DNA of 39,493 nt from an uncultured bacterium (lineage in GTDB: Bacteria; Acidobacteriota; Aminicenantia; Aminicenantales; Aminicenantaceae). This document shows positions 19,484-26,585 of this stretch, piece after piece. The DNA lies in assembly GCA_965373045.1 (NCBI GenBank), contig CBDVEQ010000001.1, positions 1 to 39,493 of the forward strand, given 5' to 3'. Every line of letters begins with the position of its first letter. Within the stretch, counting starts at the first letter, position 1. A program made the translations under genes and the position numbers. The notes under the pieces are model-generated. The model searched no databases. It saw only the letters and a program-made list of their open reading frames with translations, and was not told the origin of the DNA.

Positions 19484-20585
19484 ACGGATAGAACTTTCTC
19501 TTCTCAAGGTGCCCTATGTCCATTATTTTGAGACGAGTTTCAGCAGGGAATACGATCGGACATTTATCATTGTCAAGGTTTTTGAGGAAGGTATCGTGGG
19601 TTACGGTGAGGTCGTTGCAACAGCCAGTCCCCTCTACAGCTACGAAACTACAACCACGGCCTGGCATGTCTTAAAGGATTTTTTTATTCCTCTGACGCTT
19701 GAAATGGCAATATCTGATCCTGTTGATTATCACAGAGAGCTGGGGATGTACAGGGGGCATCCCATGGCGAGAGCCGGACTGGAACTGGCCCTGTGGGATT
19801 TAAAGGCCAAAAAAAAGGGACAACCTCTTTATAAGATGTATGGAGGGATCAGGAAGGAGATCGCTGCTGGTGTCAGCGTAGGGATCCAGGATACTGTGCC
19901 TGAACTTTTAAACAGGATCCATTCTTTTCTGGAGGAGGGGTACCAGAGGATCAAGATCAAGATCAAGCCTGGTTGGGATGGGAATATCTGTCAGGAGATA
20001 CGGAAAGAATTTCCTGAAACCCTTCTCCAGGTGGATGCTAATGGGGCCTATGGCATAGAGGATGCGGAGCATCTTAAGGAACTGGACGGTTATGGTCTTT
20101 TAATGCTCGAACAGCCATTTCCCCCATATGATCTCTGGGATCACAGCCGTCTTCAAAAACAGATCAAAACTCCGGTCTGTCTTGATGAAAGCATTATTTC
20201 CTTGACTACGGTGAGACAGGCGCTGGAGATGGGAAGCTGCAGGATTGTAAATATCAAGGTTGGGCGTATCGGCGGGATTGTGGAAGCGCGGAAGATACAT
20301 GATTTCTGCCAGGATAAAAAAATCCCGGTCTGGTGCGGAGGTATGCTGGAATCCGGCATCGGCCGGGCACATAACGTGCATCTGGCTTCGCTTCCAAACT
20401 TCCTGTTTCCCAACGATATTTCCGCGAGCAAGCGCTATTACAAGCGGGATCTGATCGATCCTGCTTTTGATATTGAACCGGATGGAACCATCAAGATTCC
20501 TCGTGACCCTGGAATCGGTGTAAAACCGGTTGAAACATGGATCCAAGAAGCTACTCTGAAAAGAGAAATCTTCCGGAATCATTAG
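19473..20585 (+). CDS. enolase-superfamily enzyme, o-succinylbenzoate synthase / N-acylamino-acid racemase subgroup
   Basis: 370-aa ORF with the KIKIKPGWD (KxK) motif. Metal-ligand blocks QVDANGAY, LMLEQPF and CLDESI are present. The start overlaps the GT4 stop by 11 nt. No other men genes are in the window, so the substrate is undecided. Confidence 0.85.
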   Translation: MSIERIELSLLKVPYVHYFETSFSREYDRTFIIVKVFEEGIVGYGEVVATASPLYSYETTTTAWHVLKDFFIPLTLEMAISDPVDYHRELGMYRGHPMARAGLELALWDLKAKKKGQPLYKMYGGIRKEIAAGVSVGIQDTVPELLNRIHSFLEEGYQRIKIKIKPGWDGNICQEIRKEFPETLLQVDANGAYGIEDAEHLKELDGYGLLMLEQPFPPYDLWDHSRLQKQIKTPVCLDESIISLTTVRQALEMGSCRIVNIKVGRIGGIVEARKIHDFCQDKKIPVWCGGMLESGIGRAHNVHLASLPNFLFPNDISASKRYYKRDLIDPAFDIEPDGTIKIPRDPGIGVKPVETWIQEATLKREIFRNH

Positions 20586-20595
20586 GAAAACCGAC

Positions 20596-21600
20596 ATGTG
20601 CGCAATGACTTATAAAAAAGCCGGTGTGGATATTGATAATGCCGACGCTTTCATAAAGAAGATCGATCCCCTTGTTAAAAAGACTGAAAGATCCGAAGTG
20701 CTGGGAAAGTTCGGTGGTTTCAGCGGTTTGTTCAAACCGCGTTTAAAGGGAATGGCCAACCCGGTTTTAGTCTCGTCGACTGACGGTGTCGGTACTAAAC
20801 TCCTGGTTGCGGAAATATTAGAAAAGTATGACACTATTGGTATCGACCTTGTTGCCATGTGTGTCAATGATGTTCTGGTTCCAGGTGCCGAACCGCTGTT
20901 TTTCCTGGATTATATTGCCACTGGATGGCTGAACAAGACAAAGCTTTTCCAGGTGATGAAGGGGATCACCAGGGGCTGCTGCCAGGCCGGATGTGCCCTG
21001 ATCGGAGGGGAGACAGCAGAACTTCCCGGTATGTATGAAGGGGAAAAATTCGACCTGGCCGGTTTCAGCGTCGGGCTTGTCGATCAGAAGAATATCATTG
21101 ACGGGCACTCTGTCCGCCCCGGCGATGTGCTGGTAGGCCTGGCATCGAGCGGACTGCACAGTAATGGCTTTTCTCTTGTCAGAAAGGTTCTAAGTTGGGA
21201 GGAACTGAGGGGACGGCTTGGTCAAGAAGTGCTCAAGCCTACTCGGATCTATGTGCAGCCGGTTTTAAAGGTCTTGAAAAAAATCCGCATCAAAGCTATG
21301 GCCCATATTACAGGCGGCGGTTTTTATGACAATCTACCAAGGATGCTCCCTGCCGAATGTGCTGTCCGGATTCAAAGAAGGAAGTGGCCTGTTCCGTCTA
21401 TTTTTTCCACGATCCAGAAAAAGGGAAACATCGATGACCGCGAAATGTATCGCACACTGAACATGGGGATCGGAATGGTCCTGGTATTCAGCTCCAGGGA
21501 AGCCGGGAACGCTGTAAAGATGCTTACATCTTTTGGGGAAAAAGCCTATATCATCGGAGAGGTCATCAGAGGATGTCGAAAAGTCGAGATCGTCAGTTGA
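20596..21600 (+). CDS. purM: phosphoribosylformylglycinamidine cyclo-ligase (AIR synthetase)
   Basis: 334-aa ORF with YKKAGVDID, GGFSGLF, LVSSTDGVGTKL, IGGETAELPG and AHITGGG. An alternative ATG at 20605 (MTYKKAG...) is possible. Confidence 0.93.
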   Translation: MCAMTYKKAGVDIDNADAFIKKIDPLVKKTERSEVLGKFGGFSGLFKPRLKGMANPVLVSSTDGVGTKLLVAEILEKYDTIGIDLVAMCVNDVLVPGAEPLFFLDYIATGWLNKTKLFQVMKGITRGCCQAGCALIGGETAELPGMYEGEKFDLAGFSVGLVDQKNIIDGHSVRPGDVLVGLASSGLHSNGFSLVRKVLSWEELRGRLGQEVLKPTRIYVQPVLKVLKKIRIKAMAHITGGGFYDNLPRMLPAECAVRIQRRKWPVPSIFSTIQKKGNIDDREMYRTLNMGIGMVLVFSSREAGNAVKMLTSFGEKAYIIGEVIRGCRKVEIVS

Positions 21601-21634
21601 CAGACAGGTGTATTAGTTATTATTAAAACATTCA

Positions 21635-21692
21635 TGACAAGGAATTTAACACTTTTACAGTCAAAAAGAGTGGTTTTTCTGCTTCCTTGTCA
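21635..21692 (+). terminator. candidate terminator / structured element downstream of purM
   Basis: There is a perfect 10-bp inverted repeat: tgacaaggaa (21635-21644) and ttccttgtca (21683-21692). It encloses an inner AT-rich hairpin (cactttt 21650-21656 pairing with aaaagagtg 21664-21672, one bulge) followed by a T5 run at 21674-21678. The stems are weak, so this is tentative. Confidence 0.3.
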
Positions 21693-21766
21693 GGTCATTG
21701 TTGGTATGTTTCTTGCAATTTTCTATTTTAAAAGATTTTGTATAATCTTTGTACAAAATGTTTAAT

Positions 21767-23008
21767 ATGAAAAAAAAAGTTTTTATCGCTGCAGCTGTTT
21801 TGAGCACGGTGTTTTTTGTCTTTTCCCAAGAAAAATTGTTTGTGGAAACTCTTGTTGTAAATATCGAGGTTCCTGTCAGGGTCTTTGACGGGAAGCGCTT
21901 TGTAGATAACCTCTCCATTGATGATTTTGAAGTCTATGAAGAAGGGGTCCTTCAAAAAGTCGAGGCGGTCTATCTGGTTAAAAAACAAAGGATCGAACGG
22001 AGTGAAGAAAAGAAGAAATTTACACCTAAAACCTCAAGGAACTTTTATTTGTTGTTCGAAGTTTCTGATTTTTTACCTAAACTTGGCGAGGCGGTTGAAT
22101 ACTTTATTCAGAATGTTTTTTATCCAGGGGACCACCTCACTGTTGTTACTCCGGTAAAAACCTACCGGCTGAGAGATAAAACATTTGAGATCCTGTCCAA
22201 ATCAGACGTTATCAAGCAGCTCAGGGGCATATTGAGAAAGGATGTTCTGATCGGAAGCGCGGATTACAGGAATGCTGTCAAAGAGCTGACCGGTCTGGCC
22301 AAATCTTTGACTGCTGCGATCGTGCAGGATGGGATAGATGCTAATCCGACTAATAAACCTGATGATTTTGGTATGGCCGCCTACAAAGATATAGCCATGG
22401 ACCTTCAATTGACTATGTATACAACACTCCTAAGTAAACTGGAAAACCTTCGTTATGTTGACCAGGGAAAGCTGATGGATTTTACGCAGCAGCTAAAGCT
22501 TGAAAAGGGGCAGAAATATGTGTTTTTGTTCTACCAAAGAGAATTTATTCCTGTTGTCGAACCGAGAATCCTGAACCAGTACATAAACCTTTATCAGGAC
22601 AGGGAGGATATCCTTCATACGATTTCCGGCTTGTTTGATTTTTATAAGCGGGACCTATCACTTGATATTGATCTGATAAAAAAGGCCTGCTCAGATTCTT
22701 CTATTTCCATGCATTTTTTATATATAACAAAATCTCCTCAAATTGTGTCCGGAGTGCGAATGGAAGAGCATTCGGAAGATATTTTTTCTGCATTCAGGGA
22801 GATGGCTCTTGCCACAGGAGGGTATGTGGAAAGTTCCTCTAACCCTGAATATCTATTCAAAAAAGCAGTAGCTTCATCGGAGAACTATTATCTTCTTTAT
22901 TATTCGCCTAAGTCGTATAAAAGGGACAAAAAGTTCAGAAACATTAGCGTCCTGATCAAAAATAGAAATTTTCGAGTTACTCACAGACTAGGTTACTTCG
23001 CCAACTAA
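21767..23008 (+). CDS. secreted VWFA-related protein (TIGR03436-like)
   Basis: The ORF track begins at TTG 21749. I prefer the ATG at 21767 (MKKKVFIAAAVLSTVFFVFS, a signal peptide). The N-terminal block VVNIEVPVRVFDGKRFVDNLSIDDFEVYEEGVLQKVEAV matches the 'VWFA-related Acidobacterial domain' pattern as I remember it. A TATAAT sequence lies at 21741-21746. Confidence 0.75.
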   Translation: MKKKVFIAAAVLSTVFFVFSQEKLFVETLVVNIEVPVRVFDGKRFVDNLSIDDFEVYEEGVLQKVEAVYLVKKQRIERSEEKKKFTPKTSRNFYLLFEVSDFLPKLGEAVEYFIQNVFYPGDHLTVVTPVKTYRLRDKTFEILSKSDVIKQLRGILRKDVLIGSADYRNAVKELTGLAKSLTAAIVQDGIDANPTNKPDDFGMAAYKDIAMDLQLTMYTTLLSKLENLRYVDQGKLMDFTQQLKLEKGQKYVFLFYQREFIPVVEPRILNQYINLYQDREDILHTISGLFDFYKRDLSLDIDLIKKACSDSSISMHFLYITKSPQIVSGVRMEEHSEDIFSAFREMALATGGYVESSSNPEYLFKKAVASSENYYLLYYSPKSYKRDKKFRNISVLIKNRNFRVTHRLGYFAN

Positions 23009-23032
23009 CCTGAACAATTTACAAGCCGATCT
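23009..23032. repeat. 24-bp perfect direct repeat, copy 1 (cctgaacaatttacaagccgatct)
   Basis: It starts immediately after the TAA stop of the preceding CDS and is identical to 23338-23361. The preceding trinucleotides are taa in this copy and tag in the other. Confidence 0.9.
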
Positions 23033-23053
23033 TATCCCATCTGCTGCGTTACT

Positions 23054-23132
23054 GTCCGTTCGCAGTATATGAATACAGCTTCACGAACAGCCTCTTGCAG
23101 ATGCATCAACCTCGGCTCGTAAATAGTCCAGG
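23054..23132. repeat. 79-bp direct repeat, copy 1
   Basis: It aligns without gaps to 23254-23332 at an offset of exactly 200 nt. I count 65 of 79 positions identical. The core is ccgttcgcagtatat(g/a)aatacagcttcacgaac. Confidence 0.8.
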
Positions 23133-23160
23133 CACTTACTTCAATGGGACACAATAAAAA

Positions 23161-23187
23161 CACTCGAACCCTTGAATCCTTGAATCC
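23161..23187. repeat. three tandem 8-mers (cac-tcgaaccc-ttgaatcc-ttgaatcc), left arm of an imperfect inverted repeat
   Basis: The reverse complement of 23381-23407 matches this segment at 22 of 27 positions by hand count. An inner inverted pair also exists: ccctttttt at 23203-23211 and aaaaaaggg at 23367-23375. Confidence 0.7.
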
Positions 23188-23253
23188 TATTTTTATCATC
23201 GGCCCTTTTTTACCCTCCGAGCGAGCCGATCTCACCGCAGTGGCTTCGTCGTG

Positions 23254-23332
23254 TTCCGTTCGCAGTATATAAATACAGCTTCACGAACCCCTCCTTGCAG
23301 CTACGGCAATCTCGACTCGTGAATAATCCAGG
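23254..23332. repeat. 79-bp direct repeat, copy 2
   Basis: See 23054-23132. About 82% identical, ungapped, at a 200-nt offset. Confidence 0.8.
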
Positions 23333-23337
23333 GGTAG

Positions 23338-23361
23338 CCTGAACAATTTACAAGCCGATCT
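23338..23361. repeat. 24-bp perfect direct repeat, copy 2
   Basis: Identical to 23009-23032. Confidence 0.9.
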
Positions 23362-23380
23362 AATAAAAAAAAGGGTTCTA

Positions 23381-23407
23381 GGAATCAAGGGGTCAAGGAT
23401 TCAAGTG
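23381..23407. repeat. three tandem 8-mers (ggaatcaa-ggggtcaa-ggattcaa-gtg), right arm of the imperfect inverted repeat
   Basis: This is the inverted partner of 23161-23187. Together the arms delimit a 247-bp segment. Confidence 0.7.
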
Positions 23408-23501
23408 AAAGAATAAGAGGCCAAGGGCCAACGACTAAAGGCAAATGCAAAAAAGGCCCAGAGCCCAAAGCAGCTTAGCCCAAAGTCATTTAATTTGCGT
23501 C

Positions 23502-23521
23502 ATTCTCGTGCAAACGGGAAT
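23502..23521. other. small REP-like hairpin (attctcg-tgcaaa-cgggaat)
   Basis: The stem is 7 bp including one T-G wobble, and the loop is 6 nt. It resembles the 'cattcccgcg...cgggaatcc' type of short palindromic units seen in many environmental genomes. That resemblance is from memory only. Confidence 0.35.
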
Positions 23522-23606
23522 CCAGTTCTTTGAGTTCATTGAGTTAAATTTTATTGAAATAACCCAAAGAACACAACGAACTAAATAAACTCAACAAACT
23601 CTTCTT

Positions 23607-23640
23607 GACTTCGACGACTTCGATAGACTTCTATAGACTG
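23607..23640 (+). promoter_or_regulatory. four helically phased direct repeats (gacttc at 23607, 23616 and 23626; gactg at 23636) upstream of the GH116 gene
   Basis: The spacing between copies is 9, 10 and 10 nt, read directly from the sequence. The array lies about 100 nt upstream of the ATG at 23739. A possible promoter follows it: TTGAAT at 23667-23672, a 17-nt spacer, then TACCAT. Confidence 0.4.
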
Positions 23641-23738
23641 TTTTTCCTTGGCCTGATCCTATGCTGTTGAATTATTGGTGTGTCTGTAATACCATCTTTT
23701 TGAGTAATTCTTTAAAATGAATAAAGAACGGGGGCGCT

Positions 23739-26480
23739 ATGAAAAAATTGTTTTTTTGGTCTGTTTTGTTTTTTATTGTTGGAAGCATAATATTATCTGG
23801 AGGAGATATGTCCCGCCAAAAGCTGCTCTATGAAAAAGGGAATGTTCCGCAGTATTCAGGAAAAGACCTGGCCACTATTTCCTTTCCAATCGGAGGGCTG
23901 GGGACCGGCAACATCAATATTGGCGGCAGGGGTGAGATCCGTGAGCTTGAGATTTTCAACCGCCCAAATAAAGGCGGTCATCCTGACATGACATTTTTCT
24001 CTGTATGGATAAAAGAAAAAGGCCAAGATCCTGTGGCCAGGATCCTTGAACGAAAACTTCTCCCTCCCTATGTCGGTTGGATGGGATTTCCCCGAAACCA
24101 GTTGGCCGGTGTTGCCAGGTTTGATGAGGTTGTTTTTTGCGGCGAGTACCCATTTGCGAATATCCGCTTCCTGGACGAGCGGATTCCTGTTTCCATCGAG
24201 CTTGAGGCTTTTAATCCATATATTCCTCTGGATCCGGAGGGAAGCGGGATCCCGGCAGCGTTATTCAACTGGAAGGTAAGGAACGATAAGTCGAGTCAGG
24301 TAGATGTGAGCATCGCTTTCAGCATGCTGAATCCTATTAAAACTCAGGATGAAAATAATCGGAACAGTTACGGAAAGAATCTAAATCAATACCTTAATGA
24401 GGGCCGTTTCAGGGGGATCGAGATGACATCCAATCGAGCGTCTCTAAAGGATCTGGAATACGGCAGCCTGGCCATTGTTACATCCGAATCAGATGTGGAT
24501 ATCCAGACACGCTGGTACAGAGGGGGATGGTGGGACAACGCCCACATTTTCTGGGACGACTTTTCGGATGACGGGCGCATTCAGATCGTAAATGACAGTC
24601 AGGAATCCGAAGCCGGCCGAAGTGATGTTGCCACTGTTCTTGTCCATTTTAAACTGGGCCCCGGAGAAGAAAAAACTGTTCCCTTTTATTTGACCTGGTA
24701 TTTTCCCAACCGGGAGAACTACTGGAACAGGGAAAAAGAAGTCAAAGGGAAAAAATTCCAGAACTTCTATGGCGCCAGATTTAAAGGAGCCTGGGATGTG
24801 GCCCGATATATTATAGACAACATTGATGAGCTTGACCATGATACCCGGGCATTTTCTGCTCTTCTTTCACAGTCGACTTATCCTTCTTATGTTATAGATT
24901 CCCTTTCGTCCCAGATGTCTTCTTTAAAGACCAATCTGGTTATGAGGGTAGAGGATGGCAAATTATTCGGGTTTGAAGGTCTTACAGACAACAGCGGATG
25001 CTGTCCCATGAACTGCACGCATGTCTGGAACTATGAACAAACATTGGCCTTCCTGTTTCCCTCTCTTGAAAGGACTTGCCGGGAGACGGATTTTCTGCAT
25101 AACACGTTTGACAATGGCTACCAGGTCTTCAGGACATTAATCCCACTGGGGGATTACTGGTGGTCTTTTAAACCGTGTGCAGACGGACAGATGGGAAACA
25201 TTGTCCGGGTTTACAGGGAATGGAAGATATCCGGAGATACGGGGTGGCTGAAAAAGATGTGGCCCAAAGTCAAAGCTGCTCTGGAATTCGCATGGATCGG
25301 AGTTGGCAATGTGCCGGAAAAATTCAAATGGCAGAAAGAACGTCTTCTCCGGCCGTGGGATCCGGATAAAGACGGAGTGATGGAGGGGGAACAGCACAAT
25401 ACATATGATATTGAATATTATGGTCCGAATACAATGACTGGATCGCTCTATCTGGCGGCCCTGAAGGCCTGTTCAGAGATGGCTGCAGCTGTAGGTGACA
25501 AAAACAAGGTGAAGGAATATATAAAGCTCTATCGCAGCGGCTCCTCACAGTATGATTCAAAGCTATGGAACGGGGAATATTATGTACAGAAGATCAATGT
25601 GATGGATGGACTCGTTGTTCCCGGGCATCTGCGTTCCCCCGGAAAGGAAGATAGCAAAGGGAATAAAGTTACTCTTGAACAGGGAGATGTTATGCCCAAG
25701 TACCAGTATGGAGACGGCTGCCTCTCCGATCAGCTCCTGGGGCAGTATCTAGCCCATGTCACCGGGCTCGGTTATGTTCTGGATAAAACCCACGTGGATA
25801 AAGCCATGGATTCCATTTATAGATATAATTTCAAGAATGACCTCAGCAGCTTCTCCAATGTCCAGCGTGTGTATGCACTGAACGAGGAAGCAGGGCTTTT
25901 GCTCTGTTCCTGGCCCAATGGGAACAGGCCTGCCCTGCCATTTGTGTATTCGGATGAGGTGTGGACTGGTATCGAATACCAGGTCGCCGCCTCTCTGATC
26001 TATTCAGGCCATATCGATCAGGGTCTGGCCATCGTTAAAGCTGTCAGGGACAGGCATCGCGGGTTTAACAGAAATCCCTGGGATGAATTCGAATGCGGTC
26101 ATCATTACGCCAGAGCTATGGCAAGCTGGGCTGTTATGCTTGCGCTTTCTGGTTTTCAATATGACGGAGTCGATCATTATCTGGCCTTTTCTCCCAGGAT
26201 ATTTCAGGAAGATTTTAACACTTTCTGGTCCACTGGAAGCGGCTGGGGAAGCTTTTCCATAAAGGGAAAAGAAGTCCGCTTGAAAATCGCTTATGGGGAG
26301 CTAAAGCTGGGATCACTGGGACTTGGCAAAGACCTGGGTTTCCGATCGATAAAACAGTGTCGGATCAATGAAAAAAGCCGCCTGGTGAAGTACGGGACCG
26401 GCCCCTCTGTTAATAAGGTTGAGTTTGGAGAGATCGTATCCCTTCATCGGGGTGATGAGCTGATCCTTACATTTCAATGA
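23739..26480 (+). CDS. GH116-family glycoside hydrolase (GBA2-type beta-glucosidase-like), Sec signal
   Basis: 913-aa ORF. The N-terminal block ISFPIGGLGTGNINIGGRGEIRELEIFNRP is typical of the GH116 N-domain. The large C-terminal (alpha/alpha)6-type region includes CCPMNCTHVWNYEQ and NPWDEFECGHHYARAM. GGGGG lies upstream of the ATG. Confidence 0.85.
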   Translation: MKKLFFWSVLFFIVGSIILSGGDMSRQKLLYEKGNVPQYSGKDLATISFPIGGLGTGNINIGGRGEIRELEIFNRPNKGGHPDMTFFSVWIKEKGQDPVARILERKLLPPYVGWMGFPRNQLAGVARFDEVVFCGEYPFANIRFLDERIPVSIELEAFNPYIPLDPEGSGIPAALFNWKVRNDKSSQVDVSIAFSMLNPIKTQDENNRNSYGKNLNQYLNEGRFRGIEMTSNRASLKDLEYGSLAIVTSESDVDIQTRWYRGGWWDNAHIFWDDFSDDGRIQIVNDSQESEAGRSDVATVLVHFKLGPGEEKTVPFYLTWYFPNRENYWNREKEVKGKKFQNFYGARFKGAWDVARYIIDNIDELDHDTRAFSALLSQSTYPSYVIDSLSSQMSSLKTNLVMRVEDGKLFGFEGLTDNSGCCPMNCTHVWNYEQTLAFLFPSLERTCRETDFLHNTFDNGYQVFRTLIPLGDYWWSFKPCADGQMGNIVRVYREWKISGDTGWLKKMWPKVKAALEFAWIGVGNVPEKFKWQKERLLRPWDPDKDGVMEGEQHNTYDIEYYGPNTMTGSLYLAALKACSEMAAAVGDKNKVKEYIKLYRSGSSQYDSKLWNGEYYVQKINVMDGLVVPGHLRSPGKEDSKGNKVTLEQGDVMPKYQYGDGCLSDQLLGQYLAHVTGLGYVLDKTHVDKAMDSIYRYNFKNDLSSFSNVQRVYALNEEAGLLLCSWPNGNRPALPFVYSDEVWTGIEYQVAASLIYSGHIDQGLAIVKAVRDRHRGFNRNPWDEFECGHHYARAMASWAVMLALSGFQYDGVDHYLAFSPRIFQEDFNTFWSTGSGWGSFSIKGKEVRLKIAYGELKLGSLGLGKDLGFRSIKQCRINEKSRLVKYGTGPSVNKVEFGEIVSLHRGDELILTFQ

Positions 26481-26585
26481 AAGGTTTGTTTATAAAAAGT
26501 TATGTTAGGCTATTATATTAATTCTTACTAACAGGGGAATATTTCACAGCCTGAATTGTATATGAAATGAGAAAGGAGAATAACA

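Noticed and set aside
23150-23190. A tRNA-like T-arm resemblance (gggttcgag on the minus strand).
   Set aside because: There is no complementary stem, no acceptor or anticodon arms, and the sequence is part of the tandem octamer array.
23032-23272. Small ORFs in the repeat island: 67 aa on the minus strand (23032-23235) and a 42-aa plus-strand ORF I noticed at 23144-23272 (MGHNKNTRTLESLNP...).
   Set aside because: Neither has a Shine-Dalgarno sequence, although most real genes here do. Both are built largely from the repeat units. I have no homology that I can recall with confidence.
23009-23407. Possibility that the repeat island is a small CRISPR array.
   Set aside because: There are only two copies of each repeat. 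The two repeat families have different periods (329 and 200 nt). The repeats are imperfect (82%) or too few, there are no uniform spacers, and there are no cas genes.
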